Source of the DNA: the human T2T-CHM13v2.0 reference genome, Homo sapiens
Assembly (NCBI RefSeq): GCF_009914755.1
Contig: NC_060940.1
Reading direction: 5' to 3' (one strand)
Length of the DNA: 64,000 bases
Under the pieces are notes generated by a model. That model did no database searches, was not told the origin of the DNA, and was given only the letters and a program-made list of their open reading frames with translations. Positions 1-14,559 of the stretch are shown piece after piece. Position numbers and translations under genes: made by a program. Position 1 is the first letter of the stretch; each line of letters opens with the position of its first letter.

Positions 1-217
1 CCTCATGGGAGTGAAGATATGTGGCCATAGGATAGTAGTAGGAAAGAACTTTTCCTCTTGTGCCTTTTGAATTTTGTATTACACACATTGTTGTCATATG
101 TATGTCATTCAGCAGAGATAAACTTAGTGCCCGCTATGAGCTAAGTATATGGCAATTATCAACTCTCAGCAATTCCTATACCCCTGCTAGCAGGAAGATA
201 GAAAATAAGCAAGATAA

Positions 218-909
218 TTATTAAAAAGTCAAAAAATAACATATGCCGGAAAGATTGTGGAGAAAAAGGAACACTTGCACACTGTTGGTGGGAGTGTAAA
301 TTAGTTCAAGTATTGTGGAAAGCAGTATGGTGATTCCTCAAAGAATTAAAAGCAGATCTATCATTCGACCCAGTAATCCCATTACTATGTATATACTCAG
401 AGGAATATCAATCATTCTACCATAAAGATACATGTATGTGAATGTTCATTGCAGCACTATTGACAATGGCAAAGACAAGGAATCCAGTTAAATGACCATC
501 AATGACAGATTGGATAAAGAAAATGTGGTACATATACACCATGGAATACTGTGCAGCCATAAAAAAGAATGAGATCATGTCTTTTGAAGGAACATGGGTG
601 GAGATAGAGGCTATTATCCTCAGTAAACTAACATATGACCAGAAAACAAAATAATGCCTGTTCTCACTTATAAGTGGGAGCTCAATGATGAGAAGTTATG
701 AACACAAAGAAAGAAACAACCCACACTGGGGTCCACTTGAGGGGGGAGGATGGGAGGAGGAAGAGGAGCAGAAAAGATAACTACTGGGTACTAGGCTTAA
801 TTCCTGGGTGTTGAAATAACCCATACAACAAACTCCCATGGCATGAGTTTACCTATGTAACAAACCTTCTCATGTACCCTCAAACCTAAAATAAAAGTTA
901 AAAAAAAAA
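218..909 (+). mobile_element. L1PA (older, ~L1PA13-16-like) 3' end
   Basis: ORF2 C-terminal/3'UTR sequence (ggataaagaaaatgtggtacatatacaccatggaatac; gggtactaggcttaa; cctaaaataaaagtt) ending in an A-tail. Confidence 0.9.
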
Positions 910-936
910 GATAAATATACATATACATTTAGTATA

Positions 937-1234
<298 letters not shown>

Positions 1235-1247
1235 CTACACTTACTAC

Positions 1248-1478
1248 ATTTTTAAATAAATTTTATTGTGTATATTTAAGGTATACAACATGATGTTATA
1301 AGATATATATGTAGTAAAATGGTTACGATAGTGGAACAAATTCACATATCCATCATCTCACATAGTTAGTCATAGTTTTTCCACGTGTGGCAAGAGCAGC
1401 TATAATCTACTCATTTAGCAGAAATCCTGACTGCAATATACTGTTATTCACTAAAGCCTTCATGATATACATTAGGTT
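1248..1478 (-). mobile_element. L1MA9/10-like 3' end
   Basis: ttttattgtgtatatttaaggtatacaacatgatgtt...catcatctcacatagtta matches the reverse L1MA 3'UTR. Confidence 0.75.
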
Positions 1479-1523
1479 TTTCAACAAGTATCAGTGTTAA
1501 GGAGAAAAAATTAGGGAAAATTA

Positions 1524-2042
<519 letters not shown>

Positions 2043-2154
2043 TCATTTGGGTCTTCCAGGAAGGAGTTTGGCTTATACTGTGAGGGAGAGAGGAGCCACT
2101 GAAGACTTGGAGAAGATAAATAGCGTGAACAGCGTGACTGTTAGTGGGCACTCT

Positions 2155-2452
2155 GGCCGGGTACCATGGCTAATGCTTGTAATCCTAGCTGTTTGGGAGG
2201 CTAAGGCAGGAGGATCACTTGAGCCCAGGAGTTCAAGACCAGCCTGGGCAACACAGAGAGACCCTATCTCTATTAAAAAAAGAATTTAAAAATAACAAGA
2301 CCTCGTGACACATGCCTGTAATCCTATCTACTTGGGAAGCTGAGGCAGGAGGACCGCTTGAGCCCAGGAGGTCAAGGCTGCAGTGAGCCATCATGGCCCC
2401 ACTGCACTCCAGACTGCGTGACAAAGTGAGACTCTGTCTTAAAAAAAAAAAA
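2155..2452 (+). mobile_element. Alu (AluJ)
   Basis: gaggatcacttgagcccaggag and gtcaaggctgcagtgagc J diagnostics. Confidence 0.93.
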
Positions 2453-2702
2453 GTCAATCTGGCTGCTGCATAGAGAATGGACAATCTAGGGAACTGCAGA
2501 ACCAAAACAACCAGTTAGGAGGCTGTTGCAATAAGAGAGAAAACAGTGGCCTGCAGCAGGACAGTGGTGGCCACAGGGTGGAGAGAAGTTGTTGAATTCT
2601 GGATCTTTTAAAGATAGAGTTAGCCAGACTCAAGAGGGTATCACATGGGAAGTATGAGAAAATCAGAGGAGTCAAGGATGACACTGCCTTTTCAAAAGTT
2701 AT

Positions 2703-2950
2703 TATTTTTTAAATTGGCAAGTTAAAATGTTTTATGTGTGTGTTTTATGCATGACCTCACGTGTTTATCTTTTTTGCGTGTGATAAAAACACTGAAAAGC
2801 CTACTCTCAGTGATTTTCAAGCATACTGTACATCGTGATTAGCTACAGTCACCATGATGTCCAATCGTTCTCTTGAATTTATTCCTCCTTTCTAACTGAA
2901 ATGTTGAGTCATTTGACCAACATTTCCCCATTGTCCCTCAACAACTGCTC
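2703..2950 (-). mobile_element. L1MA8/9-like 3' end
   Basis: tctcttgaatttattcctcctttctaactgaaatg...tttgaccaacatttcccc. Confidence 0.7.
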
Positions 2951-2990
2951 CATCCTGACATTGATATTCTCTGAGCCAGTGGCAGGACAC

Positions 2991-2992
2991 GT

Positions 2993-3036
<44 letters not shown>
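2991..3036. repeat. (GT)n microsatellite
   Basis: Seen directly; one interruption. Confidence 0.98.
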
Positions 3037-3038
<2 letters not shown>

Positions 3039-3225
3039 ACAGGTAAACCAACAGTCAATTTGGAAGAACAGGGAAGCATCTGAGAAGAGACTGTTTTGCT
3101 GAACCAGCAGCTTAAGCCACATCCAAAGCTCTAAGTCCATCCTCAGCACCACTGGTCCAAGGAGACTCAAGGAGGCAGACCACGCACAACTCTAGGAGCT
3201 TGGCCAGATCATAATCTCTCCACTC

Positions 3226-3450
3226 CATGGTGGCTAAGAATACGGGCTCCGCATCTAAAATGTCTGTGTTCTATTCCTCGCTCTGCCACTTACTGGCTGG
3301 GTGACCTCAGACAAAGTACTTAACCTCTCTCGGTATTTCCCTGTCTGTTAAATGAAGATAATAATAATATCTATTTCCTCGAGTTGTGCTGAATATTAAG
3401 TAGTTTAATTCATATATAGGACTTAGCATCACGCCTGACTTGTTGTGATG
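3226..3450 (+). mobile_element. MIR
   Basis: ctctgccacttactggctgggtgacctcagacaaagtacttaacctctct MIR core. Confidence 0.85.
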
Positions 3451-4199
3451 GTTCAGTCAATAACAGCTGCTGCTGGGAAAATGGAAATTATTTTACTTGT
3501 GTCATGGGTTTCACTTTTGGATTCAAGGAGGTAATGTGTACAAAGCCCTAGACCTTTGTACTTTTTACAGTGCCATGTAAACCTAAGTGGTGAATTGATG
3601 ATGGTGGTGATAATGATTAATGCTGCCACCAAAGTCTTGACTCTCAATAACATGATAAGGTAGAAGAATTGAGCCCTTCTAAGGAGCTCGGCGGGGTGGA
3701 GAGGTTGGGGGAATGGGGCTGGGATGCAGAGCACAGCAGAGGGCAAGCTGGTTAAAGATAAGAACTTGGTCGAAAGAACCAATAATGCTGCTTATCCTGG
3801 ACACAAGAAAATTTCAGGGCAGGGAATCACCCAGAGCTGGCAGGAGAATAGATTGCTTTTGTCTCACTAGCTCTAAGCACCTTCCTTTGCAGGGACTAGA
3901 GAATGCGGTTGTGGAGATGCCTGTGTGTAATCCTTGCTAGCAGCAGACAGGAAGGAGGCATTGGTTTCAGCACAGATAATTCTGCCCCTTTCGAATGTTT
4001 TCCGCATGCAGCTGCACAGAGCTGAGAGTGGGGACAGTCTCAAGAGGCCCTGCAAGCCACACCTCAGACACATCGCAAGGATGGCTGCCTCTTGCTACAG
4101 AAGTCCAAGCCAATAATTCTCCTCAAGCTGGAAAATGGATGATCTAGCTCCATCCATGGAAGAAGGCAGGACGATGTGGAAAAGATAAGTATTCACCAA

Positions 4200-4615
4200 A
4201 CATGCACATACACACACACGCTAAACCCACACACCAAGTTAGACCCACAGATAAGCCAGTCACAGGCACACACAAACACATACACAGACCTATACCAGCG
4301 CGGAGAGACACAAAGACACAAAGAGAGACATCCCAAATGAACACAGATAGGCGTACAGACACCAAAAGACCATGCAAAAGTGCGACCACAGAGAGGCATG
4401 CAGGAGATAATGTGTAACACAAATATACACAAATGCAAATTCAGACAGACAAGGTGACAAATACAAGACGCAGATATGCATAGACCCAAAGATGCACACA
4501 TATGCATGCACACACACTTGCACGTACACATGCACACACACATGCACACACGCACATGCACACACACACATGCACACACACATACACACATGCACATACA
4601 CACACATGCATCACA
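4200..4615. repeat. Degenerate (CA)/(CATG)-rich simple repeat
   Basis: CA-rich low complexity, purer toward the 3' end. Confidence 0.9.
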
Positions 4616-5335
4616 TAATGCAATAATGAAAAGCTAAATGACATCTAGGAATTAGCATTGAAAAGTAAAAAAGAACTGTGGTGAGAATTCTGTGAGTTCC
4701 CAATGTTCAAAGAGGGTGGGATAGTCTGCCCCCTCCCTCATATCCATCGGATGTGGCTCTCTGTCTGGTGCAGTTTGCTCTGAACGTAAGCAGTTCTGAT
4801 TTACATGATAGATAGAAACCATTTATACAGTTAAACACGGTAGGGGTCTAAATGCTGTTCCCCGCAGAACACCAGATGTGAATAGATGAATATTTGATTG
4901 TCCTCGTGCCTGTTTCTGACAAGCTAACAGATAAGAAACCATCCCACTGAATTCCCAGAAAACTGGAGACCACGAATACAGATAGCAACACGCAGGAAGA
5001 GCTAGGATTTATTAAGGCAGATTTCTAAATATTAAAGAGATGGCAGCTGGCTGTGCTTTCCTCAGCAGACTTTGCAGGCGAGAAATCACCGGATAACAAA
5101 GATGAATGAGTAGAGCTCCTAACAGGGAATTTCAGATTCTAGAGCACTGGGAATGGCCTCATGCAGGCATTAAACAGGCACCGTGCCCACTTCTGGACTT
5201 TAGGGTATCTGAAACTGGGAGGTCCCACTGCCTGGAATCATCTCTTCCTTAGAGCTGCAATTCAATTGCTAAATGCAACACATTCACTAGAAAGGCTTGG
5301 AGTCTCCCAAAATAATTTTATTAAAATATAAAGAT

Positions 5336-5645
5336 AGCCAGGCATGGTGGCTCACACCTGTAATACCAGCACTTTGGGAGTCTGAGGCAGGAAGATCATT
5401 TGAGTCCATGGGTTCGAGACCAGAGCCTGGGCAAATCATAAAGAGACCCCATCTGTACAAAAAATAAAAAATAATTCGCTGGGCATGGTGGCATGCACCT
5501 GTAGTCCTACTTATGCAGCAGGCTGAGGTGGGAGGACCCCTTAACCCCTGAAGTTCAAGGCTGCCGTGAGCTATGAATGCACCACTGCTCTCCAGCCTGG
5601 GCAACAGAGTGAGGTGCTGTTTCTAAAAATAAATACATAAATAAT
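5336..5645 (+). mobile_element. Alu (AluJ)
   Basis: Diverged dimer with gttcaaggctgccgtgagctatg. Confidence 0.9.
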
Positions 5646-5679
5646 TATATAAAATATGTACATATATAAATACACACAT

Positions 5680-6747
<1,068 letters not shown>

Positions 6748-6748
6748 T

Positions 6749-6850
6749 ATGTGTTTGTGTGTGTATATATAACATGTACATACATATATGTGTATGTATG
6801 CATATATACATATATGTATGCATATATACACACATAAACACACACATACA
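6749..6850. repeat. (TG)/(TA)/(CA) low-complexity tract
   Basis: Seen directly. Confidence 0.85.
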
Positions 6851-7237
6851 CTGCATTACGGATTAATGCATGAAAATACCCCCTTACAGACCACAAGACC
6901 CTAAGGACTAGTTTGCATCCAGTAGAGAGGAAGATCTCCTCGGAAGAAAAGAGAAAGATCTTAGAAATATAATCACAGAGAAATATCCCCAATGTTACAG
7001 GACATCTGAATACCTGCTGTGATGACCCCCCTCCCCAACCATGCCTACTCTCACAAAGCTGGCCTGTCCTACGTCCAAATGCCTCCAGTCATCTTCACCT
7101 AAGCAAGACAGCTGGACCTGCAGGTAAGACTCCTCTGTTCCTATTGTTCCATCCCCAAAAGATCATCAATCAAGAGAGAACAAAAGAAGACAACAGCCAA
7201 CCTAAAATAGCCTAAACGACTAAATATTACAAGGGCA

Positions 7238-7465
7238 GTAAGAATAACTAACACATTGGGCACCTTCTTTTGCACATAGTCCCTGACCTAAGCATTTTGC
7301 ATCTATCAGGTGTACTCACAACAGCTACTTGAGTTATTATCTCCATTTTGCAGATAAGGAGACCGAAGCAGTGACAGAGCTAGCAAGTGTCAGAGCCAGG
7401 ATTCAAACACTAGAATCTCCACTTCCAAAGCCTCAAAGCCCATACTCTTAACCATCTATACTGGC
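7238..7465 (-). mobile_element. MIR
   Basis: attatctccattttgcagataaggagaccgaagc...cagagccaggattcaaac. Confidence 0.8.
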
Positions 7466-7603
7466 TCCCAGCAAGAAGGGGCATTCCATGAAACATTTCC
7501 AGTATTTGTAAAAGTGTAAACAATTGTATATTTGTTCTAGGTAAAATAACTTTAGCCACCTAAAAAAAAAATCAATGTCATTTACTTTGTGCTGGAATTA
7601 CAC

Positions 7604-7806
7604 CAGTGATTCTCAGCTGGAAGAGATTTTGCTCTCCTCTCTACAAAACATTTGGCAATGTCTGGAGAAGGAATGAGGGTATCCCTGACAATGAATGAGT
7701 AGAAGCTATGCAAGCTGCCAAACATCCCACAGCACACAGGACATCCCCCCACAACAAAGAATGATCGAGCCCCAAATTTCAATAGTGCCAAGGTTGAGAA
7801 ACACTG
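7604..7806 (+). mobile_element. MER20 (hAT-Charlie DNA transposon)
   Basis: Termini cagtgattctca...tgagaaacactg; catttggcaatgtctggaga; aatagtgccaaggttgagaa. Confidence 0.88.
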
Positions 7807-8228
7807 AATTATATCAACTGTATGTGAGAATGCTGCTCGTGCATCTCCCGCCATTCCTGCTTTTACCTTTCCTCCTTTCCTCCTTCCAATTCATCTGCCC
7901 ACTCATTCACCCAATATGGAAAACACCCCCCCATGCTGAACATTTATTTAGAGTGTTGTCATGTTCTAATTGCTCATCAGAATTTCTGATCAAACTTAGG
8001 CAGAGTGGGCATACAGAAAATGACTGCTGAAAAGAAAGGCCATGTTTCATGGAAAAACCAATGATTCAAACAACATGGATTAGTAGACACCATTTCCCGT
8101 ACCATGTACACGATGTAGAAATCATAATGATAATCATTCTGTTTTTGAGGTGCACATTAGCACCCCTGAACTCAGTGAATCTTATCAAATTGGCTTGGAG
8201 ACCTAAAACTTACATCTTGTCCATTACC

Positions 8229-8250
8229 ATATATATATATATATATATAT
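8229..8250. repeat. (AT)n microsatellite
   Basis: Seen directly. Confidence 0.95.
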
Positions 8251-8347
8251 TCGAAAGGACACTTGGCCAAGAAAAGAACTTCATTTCTCCTTTTGAAACT
8301 ATTCTAAAACAGGACCACTGCTTTGTCCAAAGCATCCGATAAATAGA

Positions 8348-8528
8348 CTTTTTCTTCCTTTCCCTTCCTTTCTCTCTTTCTTTCCTTTCTTTCTTTCTTT
8401 TCTTTCTTTCTTTCTTGCCTTCCTTCCTTCCTTTATTCCTCCATCCTTTCCTTTCTCCCTTTTTTCTTTTTTTTTCCTTTTTCCTCCTTCCTTTCCTCCT
8501 TCATTCCTTCTCTCCTTCCTTCTTTTCC
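8348..8528. repeat. (TTTC)/(TTCC) polypyrimidine tract
   Basis: About 180 nt almost purely C/T. Confidence 0.95.
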
Positions 8529-8585
8529 AGCAGCCCAGATTAAACAGAAATGACTTGATCAACCTATGGAAGTGGGTTAGGGGGA

Positions 8586-9154
8586 TGCAGTAACAGACTC
8601 TAAGGTGACCCCAAGGATTTCTCACCTTCCACTATTCACACCCTTGTATTATTCCCTGTCCATGAGCGTGGACAAGACGCATGACTTGCTTCTAACCAAC
8701 AGAGTGTGACAAAGGTGATGGGCTGGCCCTTCCATGACTATGTCATGTGTTACATAAGATTTCATCTAGCTGATAGACTCACTAGAGACTCTTCTTTCTG
8801 GCTGGATGAAGTAATTAGCCATGCTGGAAAAGTTCACGTAGCAAGAAACTGTAGGGTTAGGAGCTAAGGGACCACCTATGGCCAACAACAACAAATTTAA
8901 GATATGGTCAAAAGGAATTGAATACTGCCAACAACCATGCAGATAAGAAAATGGGTCCTTCCTCACTTGAGCCTCCAAATGGATACCCAGCCCTGGCTGA
9001 CATCTTGATTACAACTTCATGAAATCCTAGGCCGAAGACCCAATTAAAATGTGCCTGGAACCCTGATCCATGAAACTGTAAGCTAATAAGTGTGAGTTGT
9101 TTTAAGTCTCTGCGTTTGTGGTCATTTGTTATGCAACAATAGAAAACTAATAGA
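8586..9154 (+). mobile_element. MaLR solo LTR (MLT1E/F-like)
   Basis: cagactctaaggtgaccccaaggatt start; tgacttgcttctaaccaa; end gtcatttgttatgcaacaatagaaaactaata. Confidence 0.85.
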
Positions 9155-9949
9155 ACTATATTAGTAAGGCATTTCTTTACACCCTTAAATTTCTCCTATT
9201 AACACAGAGCCTTCCAGAAACAAGGACATTTTCCTCGGCTCTGAACCCCATAAGATGAGAAGTTGTGGAACCACGATTCTGTCCAAGCAGCCCTAGATTT
9301 ATGAATGGTTCCAACTTCCATTAGGTTGCAGGAAGGGGCTAGGGTATCTCTGTTCATGTTTAGAAGTCCATTTGTTTCCATTCCTTGTCAGCAGTTTGCA
9401 TAAGTGAGTGGTTTTATTTCTTGTGAGAGAGGAGGGAAAATGCATGAGTTACCCCAGCAGTGGAAGATTTGTCAAATAAAGCTTTTAATAATGGGTCTGT
9501 TTGACAGTTTTATAGTTCTTCAACTTCCCGGCCATTTGAAGGTGGTAGGTTTTCAATAAAAATTAAGTCCTTTTCCAAGAGAAACTCGGTCCCCTGTTAT
9601 TTTAAAACAACTAGTCCAGGGTGCACTGAAGCACCTTAATTCCACCACCGAAAGTAGATCTCCCTCCTTTTCCATATTAATAACTTGGGCAATCCATCAG
9701 CCTGAGACGGACTGTGAGCTTTTTGCACTAGTATATCCAGGTGGCCTGATGAACCACATCCGTAACTAGACTTGCTGGGTGATCATTAGGCTGTTCCCGA
9801 AAATAAATGGCCTGGCCTTCTCTGCAGCTAACTTAAGTACACCAGGGAGGGGGGCAGCAGCCTGGACTTCATTCTTTAATTTCTTTGGATTCTTCAAAGG
9901 TTCTTCTGGGATCAAAGAAGTGGTTCCAAAATTAGTCCATTAGGAGGGA

Positions 9950-10230
9950 GGTAGCATGCTGGAAGGGACCCAGAATTGGAGCCTGAACACCTTGGTTCCT
10001 GAGCGAGCTCCATCACCCCTAATCGTCTGACCATGGGTTCACCCCCTGACTTCTCAGATTTGTAGTTTCTCCATTAGTCAATAGAAGGGTGGTAAAAAAG
10101 AAGGTGAAAGCATGGGCTTAGAAATCAGAGTTCTGGGGTTCAAATCCTGCCTCCATAATCTACCAGAACATTTGAGGGGTGTATATTTAGTCCCTCTGTG
10201 CCTCATTTTCCTCATATGAAAAATGTCATA
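9950..10230 (+). mobile_element. Two MIR fragments
   Basis: ctggggttcaaatcctgcctcc; ctctgtgcctcattttcctcatatgaaaaatg. Confidence 0.65.
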
Positions 10231-10234
10231 GCAC

Positions 10235-11285
10235 GGGGAAATGAAATTTAAAACCACAATGAGATATCACCTTTGCCCTGCAAGAATAGTCATTATTAAA
10301 AAGTAAAAGAACAACAGATATCAGTGTTGGCCAGGCACGGTGGCTCATGCCTATAATCTCAGCACTTTGGGAGGCCGAGACAGGAAGTTCACCTGCACTC
10401 AGGAGTTCAAGACCAGCCTGGCCAACATGGAAAAACCCTGTCTCTACTAATAATACAAAAATTAGCCAGGTGTGGTGGCATACGCTTGTAGTCCCAGCTA
10501 CTCAGGAGGATGAGGCTGGACAATCGCTTGAACTTGGGAGGCAGAGGTTACAGTAAGCCAAGATTGCACCACTGCACTCCCACCTGGGCAACAGAGCAAG
10601 ACTCCATCTCAAAAATAACAAAAACAAACGAGCAAAAAACTAGATATTGGTGTGGATGTTGTGAAAAGGAAATGCTTATACACTGCTGGTGGGAATGTAA
10701 ATTAGTAAAACCTCTATGAAAAACAGTACGAAGAGCTAGAAGTAGATCTACCATTTGATCCAGCAATCCCACTACTGGATATCTACCAAAAGGAAAAGTA
10801 GCTATTTCATCAAAAAGACTGCTGCACACATATGTTTCTTGCAGCACAATTCACAGTTGCAAAGATATGGAACCAACCTAAGTGCCCAGAGACCACTGAG
10901 TAGATAAAGAAAATATGGTATATATACACCATGGAATACTACTCAGCCATAAAAGAAGAATGAAATAATGTCTTTTGCAGCAACTTGAATGGAACTGGAG
11001 ACCATTATTCTAAGTGAAGTAACTCAGGAATGGAAAACTAAATGCCGTATGTTCTCACTTAAAAGTGGAAGCTAAGCCGTGAGTACACAGAGACATATAG
11101 AGTGGTATGATGTACATTGGAGACTCAGAAGCAGAGAGGGTGGGAGGAGGGTGACAGATTAAAAGCTGCATATTGGTACAATGTACACTACTGGGGTAAT
11201 GGGCACACTAAAATCTCAGACTTCACCACTATGCAATTCATCCATGTAACTAAAAACCACTTGTACCCCAAAAAATATTAAAATT
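10235..11285 (+). mobile_element. L1PB3/4-like 3' end, split by an Alu
   Basis: ORF2 end plus 3'UTR ctaaaatctcagacttcaccactatgcaattcatccatgtaac. Confidence 0.88.
10329..10640 (+). mobile_element. Alu (AluS)
   Basis: Full dimer; diverged TSD agatat(ca/tg)gtgt. Confidence 0.93.
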
Positions 11286-12379
11286 TTTCAAAATGTGATA
11301 ACAGCTTCTAGCAGTCCTTGGAGATCAAGAAGACTCATCTCTGTACAGTTTTCTTGATTCATCCTAAGTGTCCATTCAAGCCTCGTTGTTCTATTATTAT
11401 ACTTATTACTCTTATGATTATTGGGTATGTCATTTACCATCACAAAATTTTATTAAGCCCAGAAACCAGAAATTCAGATTAAGTGGGAGCTCTTGCTCTG
11501 CCACAGCCCATTCTCTCTGCCCCATCAGAGAAAACATCCAGCATTCCATGGGTCCCTTGTGGGTCCCAGTGTTCCCATACAATCAGTGCCCTTGCAGATG
11601 GCATCTGTGAATGTCCAATGCTGCTCCAGACCCAGGGGAAACAGCCAAAGGCTCTGAGGATAAAGATTCAGGGATGGGAAAAGTTGGGGAGGAGACCATC
11701 ACCTTTCATTATAAGTCCTTTGTATAATTTGGATTTTTGCAATGTGCCACTACTACTTTGATTGAAAATGTTCTTTTATTATAAATGCAAAAATAAATGG
11801 CATAAAGGGCATCAACTTTAAGGCCCTAAAGAGGTGCTAGCTGTTACTTGGGTTGACCCCAGGCCTGGACATTCAAAAGCATCTTCCACCAAGCCTGAGG
11901 TTTTCATCATCCTCTGGGGCTGCAGAACCATCAACAACCACACAGCAGTTTCCCAAACTCATCTCCTAGGAAGCAAATACAGTATGCCAAAGTCTTCCCC
12001 TTTCCAAAGCCTCAAAGCCCCACCCACCACAGGCTCTGTGGCCTCTTGCCTCCTATTCTTCTTACTGGATGCACCCATTTTTACCTGGTACCCCAGGTTC
12101 CTACCTAGAATCTACCAGAGCCAACACTCAGCCCCAGTGAAACCTCCAAGGTATGTACCCCAATAATGTCCTTCTGCCTACAGACTATTGTCCCCAGAGG
12201 TTCTTTCTTCTCATGGTACAAACAGAGCCCTTGTATGTTAGGAGAATCCAGAGTTCCCAACTAATTCTCCATTCATTGCCAAGTGCACCTATTACAGGTG
12301 TAAATGGTCATCTCGTCTTAATCTTCTTCATCATCTCTATTATTATCCTCTTTATCAATTACTCTTCTTAGGAAGTCAG

Positions 12380-13145
<766 letters not shown>

Positions 13146-13211
13146 CTAATAGTAGAGCATGGAGAGGAGAGTCCATGAGAGACCTGAAATATTTAAAATA
13201 AAAGAAGTCAG

Positions 13212-13923
13212 ATTCAGCAATCCCACCACTGAGAATTTGTCCAAAGAAAATTATTATATCGAAGAGATATCTACACTCCATGCTCATTGCCACACTATTC
13301 ACAATAGCCAAGATATGGAATCAACCTAAGTGTCCATCAATGGATGAATGAACAAAGTGGAGTACACAATGCAATACTCTTCAGCCATAAAAAAAAATGA
13401 ACTCTTGTCATTGGTGGCAACATAAATGGAACTAGAGGACACTATATTAAGTGAAATAATCCAGGCACAGAAAGTTGAACATGGCATGTTCCCACTCGTA
13501 TGTGGAAGCTAAAGAAAGTTGATCTTGTAGAAGTGAAAAATAGAACAGAGGATACTAGAGGCTGGGAAGGGTGGGGGAAGAGAAGGATAGGGAGAGATTT
13601 GTTTAAGGATACAAAGTTACAGCTAGATGGGAGGAATAAGTTCTAGTGTTCTATAGCAAAGAGATTGTGGTTTTTGCCATTGAAAGTAATGGCAAACTGC
13701 AATTACTTTTGCACCAATCTAATAGTTAACAATAATATATTATATGGTTTCAAATAGGAGGATATTGACTATTCCCCACACAAAGAAATGATAAATGTTT
13801 GAGACGGTGGACATGCTAATTACCCTGATCTGATCACTATGTATTATATGTATCACAACATCACTATGTACCCTATGAACATGTACAAGTATTATTCATC
13901 CACTTAAAATAAATAAATAAAAA
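13212..13923 (+). mobile_element. L1MA3-5-like 3' end
   Basis: agctagatgggaggaataagttctagtgtt; cacaaagaaatgataaatgtttgag; TSD aaagaagtcaga. Confidence 0.88.
13656..13724. mobile_element. MADE1 (Hsmar1-derived MITE), one arm truncated
   Basis: ggtttttgccattgaaagtaatggcaaactgcaattacttttgcaccaatctaata matches the MADE1 palindrome. Confidence 0.9.
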
Positions 13924-14066
13924 GAAGTCAGAAATCCCACCCTTACCCACATATCCTTCTATGTGAGTGCCTGGGAACTACCTATTCTCTTGCTACATTG
14001 AATTTAAATAGTTCAGTATGCTCCGTTCTTAGCTCTTGTCTTTCCAAGCTGAAAATGCAGTTTGAG

Positions 14067-14164
14067 ACCATGTTGGCCTGTTGGCCAGGCTGGTCTCAAA
14101 CTCTTGACCTCCAGTGATGTGCCCAGCTTGGCCTCCCAAAGTGCTGGGATTACAGCAGCGAGCC
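14067..14164 (-). mobile_element. Alu left-arm fragment
   Basis: ccatgttggcc...gcctcccaaagtgctgggattaca; tgttggcc duplicated. Confidence 0.85.
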
Positions 14165-14167
14165 TAA

Positions 14168-14434
<267 letters not shown>

Positions 14435-14457
14435 TAAAATAATTTTTTGAATTAAGT

Positions 14458-14559
14458 TTTTGAGTCACAGGCTGGTCTTGAACTCTTAGCCTCAAGCAAT
14501 TCTCCTACCTTACTCTCCCACAGTGCTGGCATTACAGACATGAGTCATCATGGCCAGCC
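14458..14559 (-). mobile_element. FLAM / AluJ left monomer
   Basis: gctggtcttgaactcttagcctcaagcaattctcc. Confidence 0.8.

Noticed and set aside
4144-4644. Cys/Val/His-rich ORFs
   Set aside because: Translation of the CA/TG repeat; not metallothionein- or zinc-finger-like proteins.
8299-8625. Lys/Arg/Glu-rich 108-aa ORF
   Set aside because: Antisense translation of the CT-rich repeat.
9841-9860. CTCF-like ccagggagggggg-cagc; similar text at 58647-58663
   Set aside because: Core spacing or the invariant GGC is broken.
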